A stretch of DNA of 64,000 nucleotides, taken from positions 501,261 to 565,260 of the forward strand of contig NW_003314312.1 in assembly GCF_000143415.4 (NCBI RefSeq), read 5' to 3'. This DNA comes from Selaginella moellendorffii (lineage: Eukaryota > Plantae > Lycopodiophyta). The notes beneath the pieces were generated by a model. It had not been told where the DNA came from. It saw nothing but the letters and a program-made list of their open reading frames with translations, and did no database searches. The position numbers were made by a program, and so were the translations under genes. This document shows positions 1-10,668 of this stretch, piece by piece (positions within the stretch are counted from its first letter, which is position 1; every line of letters starts with the position of its first letter).

Positions 1-4
1 GTAG

Positions 5-936
5 ATTTTGCAAAGACCTTTCCTTTCAAATTCATGCACCTTGGTGGTGACGAAGTCGATACAAGTAAGCCACAGAAATACTTCAAGTTTCTCACGTTTG
101 ATGTTCAGCCTGCTGGAAGAAGACGCGACATATAGCCAGATGGTATGTAGTCAAGTTTCGGGATCAACTTTCGGCTTATTCTAACATGCAGGCTTGCTCA
201 TAACAATTTCACCGCCAAGCAAGGCTACGAATACTTTGTTCTACGAGCGCAAAAGATTGCCCTGAAGTACGGGCTTACTCCCGTGAATTGGTAAATTCTA
301 AAAGACTTTCTGAACTTTATAAAGCTGACAATAACAATGCCAATGCAGGGAAGAGACTTTCAATAACTTTGGTAGCAAACTCAATAACGAGACGATCATT
401 CACAACTGGTCTAAGCTTTATCCTTACGTTTTCTTAGGATACTCACATTCCTGGAACTTACTTTTCAGGATAGGACCTGGTCTGGCGCCACTCGTTGTAG
501 GAGCAGGTTTCAAGTGCATCGTGAGTGATCAAGACGTGTGGTATCTGGATCATCTCGACGTACCATGGCAAAGCTTTTACAAGAACGAGCCACTCACAAA
601 CATAACGGGAGAGCATGAGCAGAGTTTGATAATTGGAGGAGAAGTTTGCATGTGGGGCGAAACTGTGGATCCAAGCGACATACATCAAACAATCTGGCCT
701 CGAGCAGCAGCTGCAGCCGGTGAGTCCGGGTCTCGGCCGTGTTTCTCACTCACATTTGAGTTTTTCTAGAACGCTTGTGGTCTCCGAGGAGCTTCACGGA
801 CCAAGGAACTTCGCAAGTCCATTCGAGGCTCAAAACTTTCAGGTGTTTGCTACAACAGCGAGGGATCCCTGCAGCTCCAGTAGATGAGCTTGGCCGGGTG
901 TCTCCGCCGTATCCAGGTTCTTGTTACGACCAGTAA
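5..936 (+). CDS. Beta-hexosaminidase (GH20), 3' exons; gene begins upstream of the window
   Basis: Spliced reading gives FMHLGGDEV (GH20 catalytic motif), YFVLRAQKIA..PVNWEE, WYLDHLDVPW, IIGGEVCMWGETVD..IWPRAAAAAERLWS and ends SCYDQ-TAA (934-936). GT-AG introns of about 44-60 nt. Confidence 0.93.
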
Positions 937-1009
937 AGTATCACAGATTTTTTATGCAGCGTGTTAATTTACTTGCTTCTCAACAATCTCAGTGTGTACA
1001 TTGCAGCTT

Positions 1010-3247
1010 TCAATGGTTATTATAAGAAGTATGCGCAAGCAGGAGATACGCTCCAGAGTTTTCTGGCTCGAGCTTGACAGCCTCGTCCACAACTTGGTTG
1101 GCTCGATGCAAATCCCCGTGAGTCCGACAGGCGCCCAGAACACTTGTCCATCCCACTGCCCCCAGCAGCTTGGACGTTTTCATCACGAGCTCCTCGGCGT
1201 CCCGCAGCCGTCCAGCTCGTCCCAGCAGATCAATCACGCAGACGTAGTGCTCCTCCCGCGGCTCGACTCCAAAGTCCTCGCTCATCGACACAAAGTAGCT
1301 CCAGGCCTCGTCCACCATCCCTGCGTGAGCACACGAGGAGAGAATGCTGATATACGTCACCTCGTCAGGCTCCAGGCCCTGGAGTGCCATCATCCAGTAC
1401 AGCTCTCTGGCCTCGACTCGAGCTCCACTGCGAGTGTGAGCGGCGATGATGGCGGTCCAGGAAACCAGGTCCTTGATCGGCATCCTCGCGAAGACGTCCC
1501 GAGCTCGATCGAGGCTGCCCAACTTTGCAAACATGTTGATGATCCCAGTTCCAAGGACGAGGCCGAGCTCGTAGCCACTGGCGACTATTCGCTCGTAGAG
1601 CTTCCTCCCGGCAGCTCCCAGCGACGGCGACTCGGTACATGCCTCGAGCAGAGCCACGAATGTGCGATGGTTTGGCAGCGAGCAGCCTTCTACGTTCATC
1701 CGGTAAAAGATCTCGAGAGCTTCCTCGTAGAGCCTGTGCTGGATGCAAGCACCGATGATGGCGTTCCAGGCAGCGACGTCCTTGGCAACGATCCTGGCAA
1801 AGGCAGCCTTGGCATTCGCGAGATCTCCACAGTTGCTGTAGAAGTCGACAAGAGCAGTGCCGATCACAGCAGTAGCTTCCAGCCGAGGAGGGATGATCCG
1901 GTGGATAGCTCTTCCATCATCCGACCACTTCTTCGTGGAGCAGGCATTGAGAACGCTGGCAAAGATCACTTCGTCCGGCTGGAGAGTGGGATCCCTCTCC
2001 TCTAGCAGCGACCGAAACAGCGCCAGCGCTCTCTCGGGACGGCCTTGCTGGGCATTCGCCGCGATGATGAACATCCACGACTTCAAGTCCCTGGAAGCCA
2101 TAGCCGCGAAGAACTCTCCAGCTTCGTCCAAGCTCCGGCACTTGATATACATGGTGAGCACGGTGTTCATCAGGACCAGCGATCTGTCCAAGCCCAAGTT
2201 GACGATCTCGGAGTGGATCTCCCGGCCGCGCTCCAGCCACCGCATCGTGGAGCAAGCACTGAGCACGCTCAAGAAGGTAACTTCGTTTGGCTTGGATCCC
2301 TCTCTCATCATCCTCCTGTACAGATCAAATGCCTCCTCGGCATGCCCGTGCTGGGCATACGCTGCGATGAGAGCGCTCCAGGTGACCACCGTCTTGGCAG
2401 TCATGGATTCGAAGACTTTGGTGGCCATATCGAAGAGCCCGCGTTTGCCATACATGTTGACGAGCGCGGTGGCCAGACCCACGTCGGTTTCCAGCCCGGT
2501 TCCAGCGAGCCTCGCGTGGATCGCTGCTCCTTTCTCGATCCAGCCGAGCGCCGAGCAAGCCCCGATCGCGGTCGTGAAGCTCACGGCGTTAGGCGCTGGA
2601 TCGTTGGGCATCTGGTCGAAGAGATCGATGGCTTCGCACTGGAGTCCCGCGAGAACGTACGCCCGGAGCATCGAGTTGAAGGAAGCGACGCTCTTGAGCC
2701 TGGACGGGATGGCCAGGAACGCTCGCCGGGCCTCGGCGATGGAGCCGGATCTTCCATACATGTGAACGATCGCGTTGCCGAGATTGGCGAGCTGGTGATC
2801 GAAGCCGCAAGAGACGATCCTGTCGTGGAGGATCCTCCCCCTTTTGAGATCCCCTGATGATCCACAGGCGACGATGAGGTTCAAGAATGTGATCGCGTTG
2901 GGCCGCTCGCCAAGGCAATCCATTCTCCACAGCGCCTGGATCGCCTCCCTGGAATCCCCGGCCTGGGCAAATGCCGCGATGAGCAGCGTCCACGAGTAGA
3001 CGTTCTTGCACGCGATGGCGTCGAAGACGCGCCTGGCGTTGCTAATGGATCCACACTTGGAATACGTCTCCACGAGGAGATTGCCGAGATAGGTGCTGAT
3101 GCCCAGGCCGCGGTTCCTGGCGAGAATGCAAGCGTGTACCTTCCTGGCCCGCGGGAGCGACCGATCTCGCGAGCACTGCCGGAGGAGCGCCGCCAAGGCA
3201 TCGTCGCTGTGGGATCTCTGGAGCTGCCGCTCGAAGTCTAGATCCAA
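1010..3247 (-). CDS. PLS-class pentatricopeptide repeat protein with E domain, no DYW (organellar RNA-editing factor type)
   Basis: 745-codon intronless ORF of P-L-S triplets ending HYVCVIDLLGRAG...WTSVLGACRTHGD...PENSGAYLLL. The ORF opens on TTG; the first in-frame ATG is about codon 109, so the start is uncertain. Confidence 0.9.
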   Translation of the reverse strand: MDLDFERQLQRSHSDDALAALLRQCSRDRSLPRARKVHACILARNRGLGISTYLGNLLVETYSKCGSISNARRVFDAIACKNVYSWTLLIAAFAQAGDSREAIQALWRMDCLGERPNAITFLNLIVACGSSGDLKRGRILHDRIVSCGFDHQLANLGNAIVHMYGRSGSIAEARRAFLAIPSRLKSVASFNSMLRAYVLAGLQCEAIDLFDQMPNDPAPNAVSFTTAIGACSALGWIEKGAAIHARLAGTGLETDVGLATALVNMYGKRGLFDMATKVFESMTAKTVVTWSALIAAYAQHGHAEEAFDLYRRMMREGSKPNEVTFLSVLSACSTMRWLERGREIHSEIVNLGLDRSLVLMNTVLTMYIKCRSLDEAGEFFAAMASRDLKSWMFIIAANAQQGRPERALALFRSLLEERDPTLQPDEVIFASVLNACSTKKWSDDGRAIHRIIPPRLEATAVIGTALVDFYSNCGDLANAKAAFARIVAKDVAAWNAIIGACIQHRLYEEALEIFYRMNVEGCSLPNHRTFVALLEACTESPSLGAAGRKLYERIVASGYELGLVLGTGIINMFAKLGSLDRARDVFARMPIKDLVSWTAIIAAHTRSGARVEARELYWMMALQGLEPDEVTYISILSSCAHAGMVDEAWSYFVSMSEDFGVEPREEHYVCVIDLLGRAGRLRDAEELVMKTSKLLGAVGWTSVLGACRTHGDLHRANQVVDEAVKLEPENSGAYLLLAHTSYNNH

Positions 3248-4690
3248 ATCCCCTATTTCTTGGATCCTCTCTCACCAAAAACCCTAATCTTCTTCTCTGT
3301 TAAGGTAGTGTTGAAATTCAAAATTTTGGCGGCATTAAAGCACAGTTCCTGTTAGCTAAATTGCTGAAGCTAAATTGTTTTGTCTAGTCTTGGGTCCTAC
3401 TATAAATGAAGAAAGCAACTCTTTGACTTTTTCTCCACAAAGAACTTTTAAAGTTGCAATTTCTAAATTATTCACAAGCTAAAATAATAAGCCTAAAACT
3501 TTAAACTAATCAAATGGTATTATTACCCAGTAAAGTCAATGCATTTGATTGTCAACTAGCACACAATCATTACCACTTTGTTGTCTCAATTCTTCTGTAT
3601 AAAGATTGTTTAATTAATCTTTATTTACAGTCATGTTGAATGGACTTTTAAAGAGTTAATAAAAGTTATTGGTCACATTCTTTATTATGTTCCATAACAT
3701 TTTCTATAATCAAAAAGTGCACACACAGTATATATCTTAACTACATAGATTTATAATTTCTTTGATTGTTTAAAATGCTTTGGAAATTATTGTTTACTTA
3801 ATAAGTCAGCAATGGAGGCATTAGAGTAAATTTATACAATTTTTTAACAAAATCATACACAACCCACCAAAAATCAATTGAAACAAATGCATATCCTAAT
3901 TTGTTTCATTTGTATATTGAATTATAAGTAAAAGACATATTAAATATATATATAAAAACTAAGAAGAGCATTATTTTAAAGCTAAACTAACTAATTTAGA
4001 TTTGCTAAACAAAAGGAATCATATGAACCATATAATGATGAAAGCTGTGATAATTGCCCACAAAAGAAGGATCTGCCGAAGAGCTAGGATTGATTGCTAT
4101 AAAAACATTCCTTATCCATACTAGAAACAAGGCAATAGCAACAACAATCCACCATGGCACCCATCAATTTTGTGAAGAACGAGGAGAAGAGTAGCACTTC
4201 AGCTTTTGCCTCCTTAGTTCCTTGAGAAAACTGAGCTCTCTACTTATGGCAGGCTGTCTTCCAATGTTTAGCGGACAGTCCATCACTTTATGAGTTGATT
4301 CAAAACAAATGTGTGAGTTGGCGGGATCGTCACTCCCACTGCCCTTATCAATATGAGTTTATAAACTATAATTTATAAAAAAATTCTAAATGAATAAGAA
4401 GTATAGAAAATAAGGGTAAGATTCTTGCTGAAATTAATTTAAGATTGACAAGTCAATGCTATGGTCACTGGGTAACACCATTCTGTGAAGATTGTGCTCA
4501 CCAGTATGCATCCATCCGGCGAGAAATGAATCCCCCGACTGGATGTATTGGAACCATAATATACTCACTCAGGAAGAGGATGCACCTGACAAGGCTATGT
4601 ATGAGAAGTGGGACCTGTTTGCAAATTGCTCACAAAGTTCTTGGCAATTGTTGCCAAGAACAATGCCTTCATCTGCGGATGCTCGCTTAG

Positions 4691-6706
4691 ATGGTTACTC
4701 ACAGCTGTGCAACGATCCAACTCCACAACTACGATCTTGTAGGCCTAGATCAGCGGCCTCTCTCTTTGAGCACAAAACTTGCCGCCTACATCCGTGCCAG
4801 GGACGTTGTCAGGGCAAAAGGAACTTTCGATGCAATGCCAGAGAGGGATCTTGTTTCATGGAACTCGATGATTGCCGTATTTGCCAAAAACGGGCATCTA
4901 GTAGAGGCGGCAGAGCTCTTCCAGTCCATGCCTGGGTGGAACTCGATCTCTTGGAACTCGATGCTGAGTGGGTATTTGCGCAACAACGAGTTCCAGATGG
5001 CTAAAGAGGTTTTCAATGCGATGCCAGATCCTAATCTTTTCTCGTGGACTGCAATGCTTACAGCATTTGCCAGGAACGGGCTTCCAGAAGATGCTTTGGA
5101 GATCTTTGAGACCATGCCGGTTTGGAGCATCATCTCCTGGAATGCAGTGCTAGATGCGTTTTCTCGAGCTGGAAAGCTGGAGAAATCGAGGATAATCTTT
5201 GGCGCCATGCCAGAGCACGATGCCGTTTCCTCCACTGCTATGCTCGTTGTATATGCCCAGCAAGGGCATCTTGCCATCTCGAGAGAGATCTTTGCGAAGA
5301 GAATGCCGCACAAGGATCTCATTTGCTGGAACGCGATGCTCTCGGCTCTGGCAGATCACGGTCATGTGGAAGAGGCCAAGGCACTATTTGATGCCATGCC
5401 AGAGCGATCCATCTCGTCCTGGAACGCTCTAATCTCGTGCTACTCTCAGAATGGCCACTTCCAGGAATCCCAGCGCGCTTTCGATCGAATGCCGGAGAGG
5501 GATGCGATCTCCTGGAACGCGATGGTGATCGCTTTCGCACAGCACGGGCAGCTCCAAGAATCGCGACGCACCTTCGATTCCATGCCAGAGCGCGGCCTCG
5601 CGAGTTACAACGCGATGCTCGCCTCTTATGCCCAACACGGGGATCTGGAGCGGGCCAGAGAGATCTTTTCATCCATGAAGCTCTGCAACCTCTTGTCGTG
5701 GAACATCATGCTCGCAGCGCACGCACAGTCCGGAGGCTCGATTGAAGGAGCAAAGAAGATCTTCGATAGCATGCCACAGCGTGATCAGATTTCCTGGAAT
5801 TCGATGCTCTTGGTCAGTGTGGAAGCACTTAAGTGTTCTGCTGATTTGGAAGATCTTGAGAGACTCTTCTTCACTCTAATGCTGCTTCACGATCTCGTGT
5901 CATGTAATCTGATGATCACGGGATTCGCAAAGACCAAAAATATTGAGAGAGCAAAGCACGTAATTGATGAAACCCCGGAGAAGAATTTTCTAGCTTGGAA
6001 CACAATGCTTTCCGCATATGCCGAAGCTGGGCATTTTGATCAAGCCGAGTCAATGTTCTACATGATGCCATTCAGGAGCTTGGCTTCTTCTAGCATGATG
6101 TTATCCGTTCTAGCAAGTACAAAAAGGCTTAAATGTGCTGAGATTCTCTTTAGCGAGATTCCATATCGGGACACTTCCTCTTGGAACTCAATGATTTCCG
6201 CCTACGCCCAGAATGGACATCTCAAAAGAGCTCGCAAGGTTTTTAATGCTATGCCTCACTTAAGCTTGGTCTCATGGAGCTCCATGATGGCGGCATATAC
6301 CCGCTCTGGGCATCCTGAAGATGCTCTTGATCTCTTTCGATATTTGGAACTCCAAGGGTGTGTTCCTGACGAGGCATGTTTCTTGTGTGCTCTTATTGGA
6401 TCCAGTCATACTGGGGACTTATCTTCTGGGTGGAGGCTCTTTTGTGCGATCAGTAGTGACCACAGCATGAAACCCAACAAGGATCACTATGGCTGCATGA
6501 TTGACATGTTGGGAAGAGGAGCCCACTTGGTCGATGCCACAGAGCTTCTAAAGCAAATGCCTTTTGTCCCTGATTTACGAGAAGTGGTCTCATCTCTGTT
6601 GCTGGGGGTGGGCTGTGGGATCGTTTGTGTTTCTTGCCAACATTCACTTTCAGGCCATGTTTCTCTGTTAACTATATTTGTATGGTTATTACAAATATAT
6701 CAATGA
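4691..6706 (+). CDS. PPR protein built of tandem 31-aa SS motifs, then P2-L2-S2 and a degenerate E1
   Basis: About 15 repeats of MPERDxxSWNAMLxAYAQxGHLEEAxxxFDx, then PDEACF, PNKDHYGCMIDMLGR and MPFVPD, after which similarity to the E domain is lost. Confidence 0.88.
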   Translation: MVTHSCATIQLHNYDLVGLDQRPLSLSTKLAAYIRARDVVRAKGTFDAMPERDLVSWNSMIAVFAKNGHLVEAAELFQSMPGWNSISWNSMLSGYLRNNEFQMAKEVFNAMPDPNLFSWTAMLTAFARNGLPEDALEIFETMPVWSIISWNAVLDAFSRAGKLEKSRIIFGAMPEHDAVSSTAMLVVYAQQGHLAISREIFAKRMPHKDLICWNAMLSALADHGHVEEAKALFDAMPERSISSWNALISCYSQNGHFQESQRAFDRMPERDAISWNAMVIAFAQHGQLQESRRTFDSMPERGLASYNAMLASYAQHGDLERAREIFSSMKLCNLLSWNIMLAAHAQSGGSIEGAKKIFDSMPQRDQISWNSMLLVSVEALKCSADLEDLERLFFTLMLLHDLVSCNLMITGFAKTKNIERAKHVIDETPEKNFLAWNTMLSAYAEAGHFDQAESMFYMMPFRSLASSSMMLSVLASTKRLKCAEILFSEIPYRDTSSWNSMISAYAQNGHLKRARKVFNAMPHLSLVSWSSMMAAYTRSGHPEDALDLFRYLELQGCVPDEACFLCALIGSSHTGDLSSGWRLFCAISSDHSMKPNKDHYGCMIDMLGRGAHLVDATELLKQMPFVPDLREVVSSLLLGVGCGIVCVSCQHSLSGHVSLLTIFVWLLQIYQ

Positions 6707-6819
6707 TTGTTTTCTATATAGTTGATAAATAAGTATGTTTTAGAAGCTTAGTATAATGAAGGTTTTATTTGAGCATTTTAGTGAATTCAGCGACCTTGTC
6801 TCAGCTTTGAGTGGATTTC

Positions 6820-7412
6820 TTGATCGCTTCCACGCACAGGGTACCAGTTCTCATAGTCTAGTAGAAATTATTCCATTCGAAATGAATTCTGCGGAATTCA
6901 GCCAACCCATGGTATAGCGCCTGGCAAAAGATCAGTAAACTTGTTGCGACTTTTATAGATAGATAGAAAGATGTTTACACCTGGGGAGCATACGTAGAAT
7001 TCCCCAGTCTCTCAACCGTGAAGGCAAATGATGTAAATTGTGTTTGCTATGGCCATCACTAGACTGTGTCAAGGCTTTATGGAAGTCTACAAAGCATCAT
7101 ATCAATTGCTTTCCCATCACCATCATGTTTATAAATAATATGATGGTGTCTGAAGTGTCATGCTACGTCGATTTCCTTGAAATCTACAAGTTCTCTACCA
7201 AGCTCTGGGATCGTCTACATGGGAGAGAAAACTAATGGATGCCAGTCTGGAGGAGGTGAAAGTTTCTTATGAATTTCTTCGGGAACATGGAACAACTCCG
7301 GCACTAAGTCTGAAACAGGGAGTAGTTTGGATGAGCAGAGAGCAAATGGAGGAAGCATCTGGAGACCGATGAAACAAAGAGCCATAACAGGAATGACAAT
7401 GTTTCTTCTCAT
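6820..7412 (-). pseudogene. Probable pseudogene of an unidentified secreted protein
   Basis: Signal-peptide-like start MRRNIVIPVMALCFIGLQMLPPFALC; in-frame TAG at 7215-7217 with coding-like continuation; putative GT-AG intron 6980-6921; last exon ALYHGLAEFRRIHFEWNNFY*TMRTGTLCVEAIKKSTQS*. Confidence 0.35.
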
Positions 7413-7768
7413 GCAGATGGGGGAGAATAAAATGCTTGAAAAATAGTTTTAAATATGTCATCACTTACATTCTATCTTTCAATTGCTTTCCCACCATATT
7501 ATGGAGCGTTGACACCAATTACATTTTCTTCAGATTAATTAGAAATGTAGCACAGCAAATTAATTTTGTATATAAATATATTTAGATTAAAACTATTAGT
7601 ATATAGATGTTTTAATCATAAAAATTTAAATAAAAAACACAATTATCTAGAAAAATAATATAATATAACATTAAAAATTATTTTAAAATTAATTTCTAAT
7701 TTAATAAAATAAAAAATTTATATTATATATTTTTAATTACATTTATTTAGTAATAGTTAAATATTTTA

Positions 7769-8155
7769 TTACCACATATAATATCTCATAGGTATACTCC
7801 ATTCATTTGGATATAATGCCTGTCTATGAGTCATAAAAATTGCATATGAAAATATATACCATTCAATGTTAGGTTGTCCTCCATAATCAGAATTACCTGC
7901 CTTATATACTGTAAAAGTAGTATTTTTTATATTTTCTAATTTTGCAGTGCACCAAAATTCTGTTGTTCCAAACCATTTCTCATTAAATTCAAATGGAAAT
8001 CCTTGACGATCATTAAGATTTTTTATACCCATATCATCATCTGCTGATGCACAATGTAATTCTAATTTTGAACCCACTCTATTAAAAACATTTACAGCTA
8101 TTTTACCATTAGTAGTACAAAATAGTATTAATAATACTATTAATGTTAAATTCAT
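7769..8155 (-). CDS. S-protein homologue (SPH / plant self-incompatibility S1 family), small secreted protein
   Basis: Signal peptide, then V-x-V-x-N, LELHCASADDDMG, FPFEF, WFGTTEFWC, FTVY and EWYI, which is the SPH family pattern. Intronless, 128 aa. Confidence 0.85.
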   Translation of the reverse strand: MNLTLIVLLILFCTTNGKIAVNVFNRVGSKLELHCASADDDMGIKNLNDRQGFPFEFNEKWFGTTEFWCTAKLENIKNTTFTVYKAGNSDYGGQPNIEWYIFSYAIFMTHRQALYPNEWSIPMRYYMW

Positions 8156-8230
8156 TGTAAGTGATTATATTACTATGTAGTTATACTCTAAAATATGGTT
8201 ATATATGATTAAAAAACATAAACATAAAAA

Positions 8231-8298
8231 TATGAAAGGAATTAGTTATATTTTATGTTTCGAATATGAAAGGAATTAGTTACATTTTATGTTTCGAA
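8231..8298. repeat. 34-bp tandem duplication upstream of the SPH gene
   Basis: TATGAAAGGAATTAGTTA(T/C)ATTTTATGTTTCGAA twice, one mismatch. Confidence 0.9.
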
Positions 8299-8934
8299 TA
8301 TTTTTTATGTGATTCATAATAAGCAATGCTGCAATAGCAACGATCAAAATGGACAAATTTTATAAATAATAAAAATAAATGTTATTGATAATGTCAAAAA
8401 GTAGATCATTTTAAATTTATAATTTATAAATATGAGTTCCTTTTCGACATTATTTTTTGTTTTCTTAAGAAAACCTGTAGAGGACTAGGGTGGTAGTGGA
8501 CATACCTAGAATATCCCTGGATATTCTTATTCTACCATGTAACGGTTGCTATTCATTTAGATTAATATTGTATTTATAATTTATAAACTTTCCTAAGAAC
8601 TTCTTATTCCTACTATCTAATTATTGATATGCTAATCTTGATATAAAAATTATAAAAAATTTAGTAATTATTGATCAATTGGATTATTCAATAATACTAA
8701 ATAGAAATGACACTATTATTAAGTAAACCAGACATTGCTACATATAACATGCATGTAACAACAAATTATTTAAATTAAATTTGACCTTATAATCTTAGAT
8801 AAAAACCATTATATTAGTTAGTTAGTTTGAATATGTAACCTTGTTTAGATCTTAATTCTGTGATAGAGAGTCCTATCAATATTTTGATGTTAACCAATTC
8901 TGAAAAAGCAAACATGAATCTCTTGCCTTCCATC

Positions 8935-9104
8935 AACTCAATACCACATATAGAGAAGGAGAATAAGGCTTATGCACTTTTGAGAAAGAATTGGTTAAGT
9001 ACCATAAATTGTGAAAATTGTCATCAAGATGCCAAAGTCTTTAACCAATGCTTTTTCAAAAATGTAAAAGTCTTGATCTCTTTCTCCATATGTGGTATTG
9101 AGTT
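8935..9104. repeat. Inverted repeat 1 (64-bp arms, 42-nt loop)
   Basis: 8935-8998 is the reverse complement of 9041-9104 with about 10 mismatches and no gaps. Confidence 0.85.
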
Positions 9105-9468
9105 TATAGAAGGTATATATCATACCAAGAACTAGGGAAAAGGTATATAAACAAAAATGCACCCTTTTTTTATCAATTAAAGGTCTTGGGGATATTTAGG
9201 GTTAAATGTCCTTAGATTTGAGTATATTATAACATATTCTTGATTACACATATCTATTAGTGAGTGATTAATAATATTTAATAATGACTAATGTTTTTTA
9301 ATGCTTGTTGTAAGATCTAGACTTCTTGGAAGCTCACTCAAATCTAAGGACATTTAACCCTAAATATCCTAAGACCTTTAATTGATTAAAAAAAGAGGTA
9401 TATTTTTTTTTATATACCTTTTCTTTAGTTCTTGGTCTGGTATATACTTTCTATAAATCATACCACAT
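9090..9468. repeat. Inverted repeat 2 / foldback (about 133-bp arms, about 112-nt loop), MITE-like
   Basis: 9090-9223 is the reverse complement of 9336-9468 (ATGTGGTA...TTTGAGT versus ACTCAAA...TACCACAT). No clean TSD seen. Confidence 0.85.
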
Positions 9469-9761
9469 CCTTGTGGTACCATCCTTTTTCATAATAAAAA
9501 AGACCAATGCTCAACTTACTTGGTCACATATGATATTTGTTAAGAAGCTCCTAAATTGCTTCTTGAGTTTAGCCATCTCTTTAATGTTTAAATGATATAA
9601 AGCCTTCATGGATGGTTTAGAACCCAGAACAACCTCAATTTGATTATCAACCTCATGGATATGAAGTAGCCTTAGTGGTAAATCCTTTGAAAAGATATCT
9701 GAATTCTTTACCAGCAACTTCAATATTTCCTTTGGTATAGAATCAACTTATCACCAAATCT
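9469..9761 (-). mobile_element. Degenerate Ty3/Gypsy fragment, start of RT
   Basis: DIFSKDLP...QIEVVLGSKP...YHLNIKEMAKLKKQ...VFFIMKKDGTTRM. Confidence 0.75.
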
Positions 9762-9861
9762 NNNNNNNNNNNNNNNNNNNNNNNNNNNNNNNNNNNNNNN
9801 NNNNNNNNNNNNNNNNNNNNNNNNNNNNNNNNNNNNNNNNNNNNNNNNNNNNNNNNNNNNN
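9762..9861. other. Assembly gap (100 N)
   Basis: Run of N. Confidence 1.
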
Positions 9862-10300
9862 CGAAAGGAACTAGCACCTTCATTTTTGCACTAAATCTAC
9901 CAATCCTTCATTATATAGATTAGCTATTCCATGTAAAGCAATTAGTTATCCACCCATACCACAGTCCCACGGTGGATACTTTCTTCCATAGATACTCCAC
10001 ACAAGAAGAAGGACGTACGCATGGATGCCCAATACGTATAATTTCAAATTTAAGAGTAGAAATATACCTTGCTCAAAAGTATATTATATTTTTAAGTAGC
10101 CACTAATCAATGGGAATTGAACCCGTGCCATTTGCTTTAATACTACATGTAACACACCTTGTCTTTCTCCCTTTAAACCAACTAGAAAAAGGGCAATTGC
10201 TTAATGAGAGAGCTTTTAGTGGTTATTTTATCCTTATTTATCCCCTAAGGTTCCAAGGATCCACGGTGACAGTATATCCAAATCTCATCTTATGATCACA
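9862..10300. repeat. Dispersed repeat C (probable LTR-element fragment); inverted copy at about 24919-25355
   Basis: Colinear similarity in opposite orientation, also visible as paralogous ORFs MGIEPVPFAL (10110 +) and MGIKSVPFAL (25106 -). Ends in TGATCACA. Confidence 0.8.
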
Positions 10301-10668
10301 TGCGTTACACCAATGTTCTAATAGTGGGACATGGTGGTAAACAAAAAACTTTTACCTTATTGAAAAAGGTTTTTTTTTAGATTAGTATGAAAGATGATGT
10401 AGCGGATTATATCCATTTTTGCCCTATATGCTACAAGTGTAAGCATAGAACTAAGAAACAAGCTAGGAAGTTATAATGTATTCTAGTATTGGCATGGCCA
10501 TTTCAAAGTATGATACTTGACTTTGTCACTTGCTTGTTGAAGTCTAAAAGGTATAACATTTTAATGGTGGTTGTGGATTAGTTGTCAAAGATTACACAAT
10601 TTATTTCAACTATAGAAACAATGAATGTGAAGCAAGTGGCAAAACTCTTTTTCCATGAAGTAGTACAA
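10301..10668 (+). mobile_element. Degenerate Gypsy integrase fragment (zinc finger and start of core)
   Basis: GHGGKQKTF...MKDDVADYIHFCPICYKCK...WPFQSMILDFVT...LMVVVD*LSK...LFFHEVV. Confidence 0.8.

Noticed and set aside
992-2857. Long plus-strand ORFs (337, 302 and 270 aa) opposite the PPR gene
   Set aside because: Antisense shadows of a GC-rich intronless CDS; no recognisable motifs.
4010-4170. Minus-strand hydrophobic reading VPWWIVVAIALFLVW...
   Set aside because: No start codon or family motif; too short to support a call.
4445-4690. 81-codon ORF in frame with the second PPR, separated by one TAG
   Set aside because: Starts on TTG and lacks PPR or targeting-peptide character; no support for readthrough.
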